64,000 nt of DNA from Legionellaceae bacterium (GCA_029212505.1 JARGOS010000007.1:3107-67106), one strand, 5' to 3'; positions 39,545 through 49,172 are shown, counted from the stretch's first letter. Notes: generated from the sequence alone by a model not told the origin. A program made the numbers and translations.

Positions 39545-40723
39545 ATGGCTTTGGCGACAACCTACCATCCGCTTCCTGTTGCTTTCACGCATGGTGAAGG
39601 CGCTTGGCTCTATGATGAGCAAGGGCGCGCGTATTTAGATGGGATGAGTGGGATTGCGGTGTGTGGGTTGGGCCATGCGCATCCTGATGTGACAGCAACG
39701 ATTCAAACCCAAGCGGCGAAGCTCTTGCATACGTCGAATGCTGTTCGAATTTTAGAGCAGGAAGCGTTGGCGGATAAAATCACTGAGCTTACGGGTATGC
39801 CCGAGGTGTTTTTTTGTAATTCAGGTTCTGAGGCCAACGAAACAGCGATTAAACTCACGCGTTTATATGGTCATACAAAAGGAATAGATACGCCTTCGAT
39901 GATTGTCATGACGGGGGCCTTTCATGGCCGGTCGATGGCGACGTTAACGGCTACGGGTGGGCGTAAGCATCAAGCTGGGTTTGACCCATTGGTTCCAGGT
40001 TTTGTGCGTGCGCCGTTTAACGATCTTGAGGCCATCACCACCATTGCGTCCAATCGTCAAGATATTGTTGCTGTGATGCTTGAGCCGATTCAAGGTGAAG
40101 GGGGGTTGACCGTTGCAGATGAAGCGTATTTGCATGGGGTCGTTGAATTATGCCAAGCCAACGATTGGTTGTTAATTTTTGATGAAGTCCAAACCGGCAA
40201 CGGTCGTACGGGTGATTTATTTGCATGCATGGGTTTAGGTATTCAGCCTGATATATTAACCACAGCCAAAGGTTTGGGTAATGGTATGCCTATCGGTGCG
40301 TGTTTAATCGGTGAGCGTGCGCGTGGCTTATTTAAGCCAGGGAGTCATGGTTCGACATTTGGTGGCAACCCTTTGGCTTGTGCTGTGGCCCATACCGTGC
40401 TGGATGTGATTTTGCGTGATGATTTATGCGTGCGCGCCGCGACGTTAGGTCTGAAGTTAAAGCAAGCGTTGGTGGCGCGCATCGGTGAGCATCCGCGTGT
40501 TCGAGGTATTCGAGGGAAAGGTTTGATGCTGGGCGTGGAGCTCGATAGCCCTGCCCATGATATTAAGCTTCGAGGTCTTGAAGAGGGCGTGTTGCTTAAC
40601 GTTACATCTGAAACCGTCATTCGTTTACTCCCGCCACTGATTATAAGTGATGAAGAGCTGGATGAATTGATCGAGCGGTTTATGCGCGCGTTTGAGCGGT
40701 TTGTAAGTGAGTGTGATGACTAA
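39545..40723 (+). CDS. argD: Class III aminotransferase (acetylornithine/succinylornithine aminotransferase-like)
   Basis: 392 aa with NSGSEANE, LLIFDEVQTGNGRTG and TTAKGLGNGMPIGA (PLP lysine). Confidence 0.75.
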   Translation: MALATTYHPLPVAFTHGEGAWLYDEQGRAYLDGMSGIAVCGLGHAHPDVTATIQTQAAKLLHTSNAVRILEQEALADKITELTGMPEVFFCNSGSEANETAIKLTRLYGHTKGIDTPSMIVMTGAFHGRSMATLTATGGRKHQAGFDPLVPGFVRAPFNDLEAITTIASNRQDIVAVMLEPIQGEGGLTVADEAYLHGVVELCQANDWLLIFDEVQTGNGRTGDLFACMGLGIQPDILTTAKGLGNGMPIGACLIGERARGLFKPGSHGSTFGGNPLACAVAHTVLDVILRDDLCVRAATLGLKLKQALVARIGEHPRVRGIRGKGLMLGVELDSPAHDIKLRGLEEGVLLNVTSETVIRLLPPLIISDEELDELIERFMRAFERFVSECDD

Positions 40724-41105
40724 GTGTGCTTGTGGTTCTCAACGTGATTATGACCAGTGTTGTCAGCCTTATGTAACAGGCCAAGCCACACCTAAAACAC
40801 CTGAAGCCTTGATGCGCTCACGTTACACGGCCTATACCCTGGCGGATATTGCTTATATTGAAAAAACTCAGCGTGGTAAAGCGGCAGAAGGCTTTCATGC
40901 TTTAGACGCCTATGTTTGGGCGAAACGTGTGACATGGCTTAACTTAGAGGTTGTTAACACTTCGCTTAAATCACCACAAAAAGGTACGGTTGAATTTATC
41001 GCACGTTTTATTGATGCGGGGGTTACGCAGTCGATGCATGAAAAAAGTGAATTTATTAAAAAAGCGGGGCAATGGTTTTATGTTGATGGCGTGCATGTGC
41101 CATGA
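40707..41105 (+). CDS. ychJ: YchJ family protein (SEC-C motif, UPF0225)
   Basis: CACGSQRDYDQCCQPY is a SEC-C metal-binding motif and is followed by an NTF2-like body. The likely start is the ATG at 40716. Confidence 0.7.
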   Translation: MSVMTKCACGSQRDYDQCCQPYVTGQATPKTPEALMRSRYTAYTLADIAYIEKTQRGKAAEGFHALDAYVWAKRVTWLNLEVVNTSLKSPQKGTVEFIARFIDAGVTQSMHEKSEFIKKAGQWFYVDGVHVP

Positions 41106-41629
41106 CCGACGTCATCATTACGCGAAAAAAAATTAAAAATTTAATCTTGCGGGTCACGCGTGACGGTCAAGTTAAAATCAGTGCACCTCATCGGTGCCCT
41201 AAAAAAATGATTGATGATTTTTTGGCGCAAAAACAAACCTGGATCGCCAAACAGCAAAGCATCATGTTGGAACATGCAAGCCAGCCGCCAGTACCTGTTC
41301 TTACAAGCGAGCATCGCGAGCAAATGAAAGAACTCTTGCCACCATTATTTGAAAAATGGGAAGCCATTATTGGGGTAAAAGCGAACGATTGGGGCGTTAA
41401 GGCGATGAAGACGCGTTGGGGCTCATGTAATACCGTAAAAAAACGTATTTGGATTAATTTATACTTAATTCATAAGCCACGCATTTGCTTAGAGTATGTG
41501 CTGGTGCATGAACTCGTGCATTTACTCGAAGCAAGCCATAATAAGCGGTTTTATGCACTCATGACGGAGTTCATGCCGGACTGGAAAGCGCATCGGCAGC
41601 TGCTTAAAGCTGGGCGTAAAAATTTTTAA
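41102..41629 (+). CDS. M48/YgjP-like (DUF45) metal-dependent hydrolase
   Basis: 175 aa with KTRWGSCN and the HExxH motif VHELVHLLE. ATGA overlap with ychJ. Confidence 0.7.
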   Translation: MTDVIITRKKIKNLILRVTRDGQVKISAPHRCPKKMIDDFLAQKQTWIAKQQSIMLEHASQPPVPVLTSEHREQMKELLPPLFEKWEAIIGVKANDWGVKAMKTRWGSCNTVKKRIWINLYLIHKPRICLEYVLVHELVHLLEASHNKRFYALMTEFMPDWKAHRQLLKAGRKNF

Positions 41630-41652
41630 GGGTTCTGTAGGTGGTGGGTGCT

Positions 41653-41685
41653 GACACAAGCATGAGGCGTGCTCATACTTGTGTC
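41653..41685. terminator. Hairpin between convergent genes (possible bidirectional terminator)
   Basis: GACACAAGCATGAG-GCGTG-CTCATACTTGTGTC, with 13 of 14 bp paired. No strong U-tract. Confidence 0.4.
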
Positions 41686-41698
41686 AAGCGTGAGGGGG

Positions 41699-42238
41699 TT
41701 ATTCTGGTGTTGGATTATTTTGTTTTTCTAGCTCTTCTTGGCATTCGTTTAGGCGTTTTGAGATATTTTCAAGTATATTGCGTGCTTCAGCTGGAGATTT
41801 GATTTGAGGTGGAAAAAACTGAGAACGACCCGTTAATTTTAGAGCAAGCGGTGTTTCTCCTTTTTTGCCAAAGTCACAAAAATCTATAACATTGAACATT
41901 TTTCTTAATGCATCAACTAAACCTCCTATAAAGGTTTGAGGTGATTGATAATTAAAATCTTTATCCGTATCAAAATCCCTTTTTGAATCTATAGAACTCA
42001 TGAATTTATAATCAAGATCACGAATATTGTCCGAAAGCCCTTCATGCGTATTGTTTTTGAGGCAATAAGTTAGTCTGGTTAAAACTTCGTTTAAATGCTT
42101 ATGGGTAGAAATACGTGACGAGTCTTGGATATTATGTTGGTCTAGCGTTTCCCCCCATGCATCATTCACTTCTTGAAATTGTATAACCACTTTCTTTAAT
42201 TCTTGGATTAATAAATCTTGTTTCTGTTCGGGTTTCAT
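41699..42238 (-). CDS. Hypothetical protein (179 aa), orphan; Glu-rich C-terminus
   Basis: The start is set at the ATG at 42238 (MKPEQKQD…), preceded by GAGAGG with 6-nt spacing and a consensus-like promoter. AT-rich. The C-terminus is …RLNECQEELEKQNNPTPE. Confidence 0.6.
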   Translation of the reverse strand: MKPEQKQDLLIQELKKVVIQFQEVNDAWGETLDQHNIQDSSRISTHKHLNEVLTRLTYCLKNNTHEGLSDNIRDLDYKFMSSIDSKRDFDTDKDFNYQSPQTFIGGLVDALRKMFNVIDFCDFGKKGETPLALKLTGRSQFFPPQIKSPAEARNILENISKRLNECQEELEKQNNPTPE

Positions 42239-42277
42239 GGCTAACCTCTCTTTCAATAAAAAATAGAATACATAAAG

Positions 42278-42306
42278 AGTATATTCACGCATTCTATTTT
42301 TGTCAA
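42278..42306 (-). promoter_or_regulatory. Sigma-70 type promoter for the orphan gene 41699-42238
   Basis: On the minus strand: TTGACA (42306-42301), a 17-nt spacer, then TATACT (42283-42278). Confidence 0.65.
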
Positions 42307-42324
42307 ATTATGGCCAGTCTATTT

Positions 42325-43086
42325 TTATTTAGCTCCATATGGATTGTTTGTGCGCTGCCTGAGTACTTCATATAAACAAACACCGGTTGCCACCGAGACG
42401 TTCAAGCTTGATACTTGGCCTTGCATGGGCAGGGCAAACAAACCATCGCATACATCACGTGTGAGGCGTCTGAGACCGGTACCTTCGGCACCCATAGCAA
42501 TCGCTGTCGAGCTTGTTGTGTAATCGATGTTGTAAATTGACTGCTCGGCTTCACCTGCCGCGCCATAAATCCAAACACCGGCGTCTTGCAGGGTTCTCAT
42601 GCTGCGAGCAAGGTTGGTCACGCGAACAAACGGTATCGATTCAGCGGCACCTGAGGCGACTTTGCTGACAACCGGCGTGATGTCGGCACTGTTATCTTTG
42701 GGTGCTATCACAAAATCAACGCCTGTGGCATCGGCACTGCGAAGACAGGCACCTAGATTATGTGGATCGGTCACGCCATCTAAAATTAAAATTAAAGCAG
42801 GCTTTTGAGCGGCTTCTAATAAATCTGGCAAATCGGCTTCGACGTAAGGTTTGAGCGCTTCGACTTCAGCAACAATGCCCTGGTGAGAGACATCGCCAAA
42901 ACGCTGCCTCATGTTGTCCGCTGTGAGCGCTTCTACTGAAACTTGCGCGCGCGCCGCGGCATCGAGTGCGGTTTGCAGGCGTTGGTCTTTGCGCTGTTTG
43001 CTGACATAAATTTTATACACATGTCGCATGGGGTTATTAAGTACTGCGGTGACCGGGTGAAGGCCATAAATCAAATGTTCTGCCAT
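42325..43086 (-). CDS. rlmB: 23S rRNA (guanosine2251-2'-O)-methyltransferase RlmB
   Basis: 253 aa SpoU/TrmH family (…LDGVTDPHNLGACLRSA…, …SLNVSVATGVCLYE). It lies directly downstream of rnr, as in E. coli. Confidence 0.88.
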   Translation of the reverse strand: MAEHLIYGLHPVTAVLNNPMRHVYKIYVSKQRKDQRLQTALDAAARAQVSVEALTADNMRQRFGDVSHQGIVAEVEALKPYVEADLPDLLEAAQKPALILILDGVTDPHNLGACLRSADATGVDFVIAPKDNSADITPVVSKVASGAAESIPFVRVTNLARSMRTLQDAGVWIYGAAGEAEQSIYNIDYTTSSTAIAMGAEGTGLRRLTRDVCDGLFALPMQGQVSSLNVSVATGVCLYEVLRQRTNNPYGAK

Positions 43087-43087
43087 G

Positions 43088-45280
43088 TTATTCTTTCTCG
43101 TCTAAAACGGGTTCAAAGTCTATTTTACGCTCGTCCAAATCAACGCGTGCCACAAGCACGGTCATGGGGTCGCCCAGGCGGTAGCTATGTCCAGAACGCT
43201 CACTGTTCAAGCGGTGTTTGACGGCATCAAACGTATAATAATCATTTTTAAGTGAGGTGACATGCACCAGGCCTTCTACGTAAATATCGTTGAGCTCCAC
43301 AAAAAGACCAAAGCCTGTAACACCTGCAATTTTGCCTTGAAAGACTTGTCCGACTTTGTCTTGCATGTACTCACATTTGAGCCACGAGACCACATCACGC
43401 GTGGCTTCATCGGCACGGCGCTCGGTTGAGGAGCAGTGCTTGCCCAGTCGACTCATGTCGTTTGCTGTGTATGAAAAACCATCGGATGTATTATTATCCA
43501 AAATATGTCCGATGGCACGATGAATCAGCAAATCAGGATAACGTCGAATCGGCGATGTAAAATGCGTGTAAGCCGGGTAGGCAAGCCCAAAATGCCCATC
43601 GTTGGCTTCGATGTATTGCGCTTGCTTAAGCGAACGAAGCATCACGGTTTCAATAAGATGGCGTTCTGGACGATCGCCAACCGAGAGCAGGGTCGCTTGA
43701 AAATCTTTAGGCGAAGGTTTTTTGCCACCACCAAGCGTTAAGCCAAATTCACCTAAGAACTGCCGGAGCGCTAAAATTTTATCTTCTGCAGGTGCTGGGT
43801 GCACGCGATAAAGCGTCGGAATATCAGCTTTTTCAAGAAATTTTGCGGTCGCGACGTTGGCCGCTAACATGCACTCTTCAATCAGACGATGAGCATCGTT
43901 TCGTATCACAGGAATGATTTGCTGAATTTTACGATTTTTATCAAACACGATGCGCGTTTCTGTGGTATTAAAGTCCATGGCACCACGCGTTTTTCGAGTT
44001 TTAGCGAGGACTTGATAGAGCGTATGAAGATTTTGTACGGCAGGCCAAATCGGCGTATGTTGTTCCGAATCACACGCGCCTGCAGTGAGCCAATCACTTA
44101 CTTGTGTGTAGGTGAGCCTGGCATGTGAATGAATTGCTGCGCGATAAACACGCGTACGCTGAATTTTTCCTTCTGCGGTGATCGCCATCTCCATCACCAT
44201 GCAAAGCCTGTCGACTAAAGGTTTGAGTGAACAAATGCCGTTGGATAAAACTTCGGGTAGCATGGGGATAACTTTTTCAGGAAAATAAACCGAGTTTCCA
44301 CGTCGTGCGGCTTCTTGATCAAGCGCTGAGTCAACGGCCACATAATGGCTAACGTCGGCAATGGCGACATAGAGTTGAAAGCCGCCTTTAGGTTTCGGTT
44401 TGCAGTACACCGCATCATCAAAATCTTTGGCGTCTTCGCCGTCAATGGTGACAAAAGGCAGGTGCCTCAGGTCTGTTCGTTTGATGAGATCCGCTTCACG
44501 TACGGTATCAGGAACATCTTTGAGGGATGCATGCACATCGTCAGGCCATTCAGCAGGGAGTCCGTGCGCTAAAATCGCGACTTCAATTTCCATGCCCGGG
44601 GCCATGTGCTCGCCAAGTACTTGAATAATTTTTCCAATGGCTTGTGAACGTTTGTTAGGATAGCTGACGATTTCAACCAAAACAATTTGACCGTCGGTTG
44701 CTTCATGCGTTGATTCTGGTGGAATCGAGATATCTTGCGTTAAACGCTTGCTGTCGGGCGAGACAAAATTCACGCCTTGTTCGGAGAAAAATCGGCCGAC
44801 CACGCGAGGGTTCGCATGTTCAACAATTTCATGAATTTTACATTCAGGCCGGCCACGGCGGTCAGCGCCAGCCTTGTGTGCCAGTACCGTATCGCCGTGC
44901 ATGACGGTGCGCATTTCTCGAGGAGAAATCAGCATGTCTGTTGAGCCGTCATCAGGAATAAAAAAGCCAAATCCATCGGGATGACCTTGGACGGTTCCTC
45001 GCTGCAAGCTAATTTTATCAAGCAGGCAATAACGACCACGACGGTCTTGCATTAGCTGGCTGTCACGTAGCATGGCACGCAAACGAAAACCTAAGGCGTC
45101 TTCTTGTGCCTCTTGTTTTATGTTGAGTGCAGCAATAAGTTGTTTCTTAGATATTGGACGCCCAAAATCAACCAAGGTTTCTAAGATAAACTCACGACTT
45201 GGGATTGGATTGTCGTATTTTTCCCGCTCGCGTTGATGAAACGGGTCTTGTTTTTCAGAAGATTTTGTTTTTTTAGCCAC
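43088..45280 (-). CDS. rnr: Ribonuclease R
   Basis: 730 aa with cold-shock-like N-terminal domains, an RNB domain (…DGEDAKDFDDAV…, …HFGL…YTHFTSPIRRYPDL) and a C-terminal S1 domain (FQGKIAGVTGFGLFVEL). Confidence 0.93.
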   Translation of the reverse strand: MAKKTKSSEKQDPFHQREREKYDNPIPSREFILETLVDFGRPISKKQLIAALNIKQEAQEDALGFRLRAMLRDSQLMQDRRGRYCLLDKISLQRGTVQGHPDGFGFFIPDDGSTDMLISPREMRTVMHGDTVLAHKAGADRRGRPECKIHEIVEHANPRVVGRFFSEQGVNFVSPDSKRLTQDISIPPESTHEATDGQIVLVEIVSYPNKRSQAIGKIIQVLGEHMAPGMEIEVAILAHGLPAEWPDDVHASLKDVPDTVREADLIKRTDLRHLPFVTIDGEDAKDFDDAVYCKPKPKGGFQLYVAIADVSHYVAVDSALDQEAARRGNSVYFPEKVIPMLPEVLSNGICSLKPLVDRLCMVMEMAITAEGKIQRTRVYRAAIHSHARLTYTQVSDWLTAGACDSEQHTPIWPAVQNLHTLYQVLAKTRKTRGAMDFNTTETRIVFDKNRKIQQIIPVIRNDAHRLIEECMLAANVATAKFLEKADIPTLYRVHPAPAEDKILALRQFLGEFGLTLGGGKKPSPKDFQATLLSVGDRPERHLIETVMLRSLKQAQYIEANDGHFGLAYPAYTHFTSPIRRYPDLLIHRAIGHILDNNTSDGFSYTANDMSRLGKHCSSTERRADEATRDVVSWLKCEYMQDKVGQVFQGKIAGVTGFGLFVELNDIYVEGLVHVTSLKNDYYTFDAVKHRLNSERSGHSYRLGDPMTVLVARVDLDERKIDFEPVLDEKE

Positions 45281-45324
45281 GGTGGCCCTTCATGGTTTTA
45301 TCGATCAATAGCCTAGTTTAGCAT

Positions 45325-45816
45325 TTATTGTGCCTTGGGGGGTAATTCAAAACCATGTCGCCCAATATAAGCGGTTAATGCAGTCAACGTCATGTTTTCT
45401 CCAGCCCAAAAAACGCCGTGGCTATGTTTTGGGCGCGACGTAATCGGCCATTCACACACCGCGAGTACACGCTCACATGCGACCTGTTGTTCGTGCCCTG
45501 GTTTGGATTCAACGCAGTTTAATACAACCTCGGTCTTATCGAGCGCAAGCGCTGACCATTGATTGCCTTGAAGACGGCTACTCCAGCCTGGATCAAAACT
45601 TTCATCGGACGCAGCATGCGTAATCCATACATCATAAGCGGATAGATTATGGACCATAAGTACGCGCATATCACCCGCAGGAAGATGCAAGTCTTCACCT
45701 TGAAGGGCAAAAGCTTTGCATGCTTTGGGGAAAACTTCGGTAGATATTTCGGCATGGGCTAGGTTAAAATAAGCCGTGCTTAATATAATAAAGATCATGC
45801 GTATGGCATGCATCAA
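45325..45816 (-). CDS. Exported hypothetical protein (163 aa)
   Basis: Signal peptide (…STAYFNLAHAE) and several Cys residues. No family was recognised. Confidence 0.5.
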   Translation of the reverse strand: MMHAIRMIFIILSTAYFNLAHAEISTEVFPKACKAFALQGEDLHLPAGDMRVLMVHNLSAYDVWITHAASDESFDPGWSSRLQGNQWSALALDKTEVVLNCVESKPGHEQQVACERVLAVCEWPITSRPKHSHGVFWAGENMTLTALTAYIGRHGFELPPKAQ

Positions 45817-45903
45817 TTTCTCCTACAAAATAAGCAAAAGCGTATCACAAGATTAGCTATAAATCCGTAGGAATATGTTACGATGGTTTTATTTAGATGA
45901 GGT

Positions 45904-46494
45904 GTGATTGTGAATCAAGACATAGATGTTTCTGCGATTTTAAGCGTGCAGCGTGATGCCATTGTGCGTTGGAAAGCTTTACCAGAAATTAATTTTATTG
46001 CAGAAAATTTTTTGGCTTTGGTTGAAAAAAATCATGCGTTTAATTATCAGCTCTGGCATGCTGAAGATAAGGCCAGGCGCGAAGATAAAGGCTATGAATT
46101 TGTTTATCACGCCAAACGTGCCATTGATGGTTTTAATCAGCAGCGTAATGATTGCATGGAGGCCCTCGATGATTGGTTGACCGGTGCATTATTGCCTGCA
46201 TCCCCCGAGTATTGCTCGGTGCATTCAGAAACACCGGGTATGATGATCGACAGATTATCGATTTTAGCGCTCAAGCATTACCATATGAAAGCACAGGTTC
46301 AGCGTGAAGATGTCGATGACGCGCATCGTCAAGCATGTGCATCTAAGCTTCGCATTATTGATGCACAGCAGCAGCAATTAGCACGGTGTTTGGATGAGCT
46401 CGTACAAGAAACTAAGCAAAAAACACGAACGTTTAGAACCTATCGTCAGTGCAAGATGTATAACGATGCAGCGTTAAATCCCGAGCTTTATTAG
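45904..46494 (+). CDS. Hypothetical cytoplasmic protein, DUF4254-like
   Basis: NYQLWHAEDKAR… and …SETPGMMIDRLSILALKHYHM blocks match my recollection of DUF4254. The more likely start is the GTG at 45910, 7 nt after GAGG. Confidence 0.5.
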   Translation: MIVNQDIDVSAILSVQRDAIVRWKALPEINFIAENFLALVEKNHAFNYQLWHAEDKARREDKGYEFVYHAKRAIDGFNQQRNDCMEALDDWLTGALLPASPEYCSVHSETPGMMIDRLSILALKHYHMKAQVQREDVDDAHRQACASKLRIIDAQQQQLARCLDELVQETKQKTRTFRTYRQCKMYNDAALNPELY

Positions 46495-46504
46495 AATATT
46501 GTAT

Positions 46505-48970
46505 TTAAGTAGGTGAAGGTGTTGTTGTGCGTCCATCTTCATGATTAAAACCAAACGTTGAAGCTGGGCGCTGTTGAAAGAAGTTAAATCCTCCAAAAAA
46601 GCTGTTTGATTTGGCAGGTGGTGCTGAGTCAAGTGTTGATTCAGACGCGGCTTTTCTGATGCTAGGGGAGGTGGATCGACTTCCCTGTGTCAAGGGAGGG
46701 CGTGATAGCCTTTGTTCGGGAGAGTCACGGTCTGAGTGAGTTTCGTAATGCTCCAATTCACCGTTGCGTCGTATAGGTGAAGGCGCTTCATCAGGGAATG
46801 AATCTGCATCTGGACTTGAATTTGAATCTGAATCTGATCCTGAATCACAGGCCATGCCTTCATGCTGCATGCGAGCGTTCTCAGCGGCGGGTGTTGGGTT
46901 GTCTCCTGGGTTATTTCCAGGCTTTTCTCGAAGGTCTTTTGCAAATTTAGCGAGTGCGCGAAAGGCCCAAATCAGAGCGCCAATCACGAGCGCTATTTTT
47001 AATGTGAGGGATAACCAAGGGTGGTCATGTTCTTGATCGTGGTGGCTGCTGGCATCAAAGAGTGTAAGCACAATGAAATCAACGGATTTAGGCCCTTTCA
47101 TAATCCCCGACCCTGTCGAGCGAAGGACTTCTAACCAGCTCAAGAATGTCCATTGTTTGAGAGGGGTGCCATCACATAGCTTTGCAAACGCGGTATCATT
47201 TTCAATTTCGGTGAGTACGTGCGTATCATGAGAGTTTTTTATATTGAGGATAATGTTATTAACGGCCCTGAGCTGAGTCGCGGCATCTGTTTGTTGTTGC
47301 TCGCGATGTTGTGCTGCAGCCAATACGACGACGGCAATCGATGCGAGGATGATGGCACAGGAAAGGATAACGCAGCCGATAATAAACGTTTGGGAGAGTG
47401 CTGTGGCAAAAAAAACTTTACTGATGAGCGACGCTGCGAAAATTCCCGTAACAATGGTACCGTGAGAAGTTAGACCATGCTTGAGTCCAATGAAAAATGC
47501 TTCAGTGGGTGATGTTGAACTGATAGCATGAAGTGCTTTATATGCATGTTCAATTTTGCCATAAGTATTGTCGGACTCTGTATCATCACGGAGATACGCC
47601 TGGTACGCTGCTTCATCTTCATCCGTATCTCTTTTGAAGGTTCTATGCTCGTCATTGTTTCTACGTAGTCCTGCTCTTCGGTGCGCGATTGTGGCCAGTT
47701 GTGTCTGAAGGGTTTGAACTTCTGAAATAAGTACGGCTTTTTTTTCAGAAATTCGAAGGAGGCGGTCATATTCTCTTTCTTCTTGTAAGCGCGTAAAAAT
47801 ACAGGCAACCGCACACACCACCGAAATGATGGCGACGGTGGTAAGAATTTCTGGGGATAGCGTGATAAGAGAAATAAGCCCCATAAAAAAATAGAGGCCA
47901 CCTAGGCCTCCATCAAAACCAGCGGATAAGTAACAGGCAAATCGATTGTTATGTGCGTGATTTGTATTCTTTTGGTCTAGGTTTTGGTTTGTCTCAAGCG
48001 CAATTTGGTTGTTAAACGCTTTAAAATGACGGTCAGCGTGGTTAGGTAGTATGGCCTGCCATTGAATTAAACTGGGGTGTTTTCTGTCGACACGATGGGG
48101 TAAACGATGCTTACGCTCGAGAAATGTGTTGAGTTCATCAGGCGTTAGTTTTAGATCTTCTGCTTCTCCGTGACGATTGATATAGTATAATCTACGTTTT
48201 TCGAGGTTATCTTTGTTAATCAAAAGATAGCTGTTCTTATGGTCTTTTTTTAGAGCTTCTTCGCTTGCGGGAAGAAGAGTGAGGCTTTGATCAAAGCGAC
48301 CCCAGTCTAAACGCTCTTTGGATAGCGTTTCGTTTTTGTCCATGGTTTTCTTACGGATGGTCACCATGTGGCGATTCCACCAGCGGTTGTACATGGAGGG
48401 TATACCAAACGCAAGACTCAGCGGTAATAAGGCGTAACGCATATCGATGGATGAAATAAGTCTGATGGTGTTCATCGCGTGCTGCAACCCTCGGTTAGCA
48501 TTTCTTGCGCCTTTGACGCCATCACGAAACGCCTGCCATCTGACATAAAACATTTGGGAATCAGGATTTTCTTTATCTTTGCCCATATAATTGGCATAGG
48601 CCGATGTGATGGTTGATGCAGCAAGCAAGGTCAGTGTGGCCGCGCAACCCCAAGGGTTACATATAAAATCACGTAGAGCTCGGGCTGTTTCAGTTTTTGA
48701 TCCATTGTAAATCAGGTTGGGCACATATTTGAGCAGACTGTAAGCCAGAACAAAGCCATCAGGCCCCCCGTAAATCCAATAGACATGTTTATTTTTATCG
48801 AGTTCTTCGGCGAAATTGCATAGGTCATGAAATTGTTTGTTGCAAAATGTGGAGGTGGTGTTCGCGCTTTCTGAGACAGCATGCGAGAGTTGGCCAAAGG
48901 CGTTAAGCAGGGTTCTGCTAAAATCGAATGAATCTTCTGTTCGGCGACCGTTTTCCGTGTGCATAAGCAT
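46505..48970 (-). CDS. Large polytopic membrane protein (821 aa) with coiled-coil segments and a ~150-aa disordered Ser/Asp/Pro-rich C-terminal tail
   Basis: One continuous ORF with several paired hydrophobic helices (for example FDGGLGGLYFFMGLISLITLSPEILTTVAIISVVCAVACIF and TGIFAASLISKVFFATALSQTFIIGCVILSCAIILASIAVVVLAAA). The tail reads …CDSGSDSDSNSSPDADSFPDEAPSP…SRSTSPS…TTTPSPT. No family was recognised. Confidence 0.6.
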   Translation of the reverse strand: MLMHTENGRRTEDSFDFSRTLLNAFGQLSHAVSESANTTSTFCNKQFHDLCNFAEELDKNKHVYWIYGGPDGFVLAYSLLKYVPNLIYNGSKTETARALRDFICNPWGCAATLTLLAASTITSAYANYMGKDKENPDSQMFYVRWQAFRDGVKGARNANRGLQHAMNTIRLISSIDMRYALLPLSLAFGIPSMYNRWWNRHMVTIRKKTMDKNETLSKERLDWGRFDQSLTLLPASEEALKKDHKNSYLLINKDNLEKRRLYYINRHGEAEDLKLTPDELNTFLERKHRLPHRVDRKHPSLIQWQAILPNHADRHFKAFNNQIALETNQNLDQKNTNHAHNNRFACYLSAGFDGGLGGLYFFMGLISLITLSPEILTTVAIISVVCAVACIFTRLQEEREYDRLLRISEKKAVLISEVQTLQTQLATIAHRRAGLRRNNDEHRTFKRDTDEDEAAYQAYLRDDTESDNTYGKIEHAYKALHAISSTSPTEAFFIGLKHGLTSHGTIVTGIFAASLISKVFFATALSQTFIIGCVILSCAIILASIAVVVLAAAQHREQQQTDAATQLRAVNNIILNIKNSHDTHVLTEIENDTAFAKLCDGTPLKQWTFLSWLEVLRSTGSGIMKGPKSVDFIVLTLFDASSHHDQEHDHPWLSLTLKIALVIGALIWAFRALAKFAKDLREKPGNNPGDNPTPAAENARMQHEGMACDSGSDSDSNSSPDADSFPDEAPSPIRRNGELEHYETHSDRDSPEQRLSRPPLTQGSRSTSPSIRKAASESTLDSAPPAKSNSFFGGFNFFQQRPASTFGFNHEDGRTTTPSPT

Positions 48971-48997
48971 GTTCGGCGATGACTAAGATTGACGGAG

Positions 48998-49026
48998 AGT
49001 ATAATGAAAAAAATCGCAATGTGCAA
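48998..49026 (-). promoter_or_regulatory. Sigma-70 type promoter for the 821-aa membrane protein gene
   Basis: On the minus strand: TTGCAC (49026-49021), a 17-nt spacer, then TATACT (49003-48998). It lies about 28 nt upstream of the ATG. Confidence 0.55.
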
Positions 49027-49172
49027 GGTTTATTCCAATTTGTTTTTTTGTGAGCAAAAACAGGTTTAACTTCGTAGCTTAACATATTTGGTATAAATTT
49101 GGACATAAAAACACGCGTGTTGTGTTGTAAGAAATATCCGATTTTTTATGTAAGCTTATACTGGACTCGGCA

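Noticed and set aside
47470-47901. 143-aa same-strand alternative-frame ORF inside the 821-aa membrane protein gene, plus ORFs at 46690-46944, 46764-47036, 47219-47473, 47239-47454 and 48712-49106.
   Set aside because: They are nested within or overlap the single long ORF. Their translations look like frame-shifted low-complexity sequence. The long frame is continuous with coherent TM and coiled-coil organisation, so there is no evidence of a pseudogene split.
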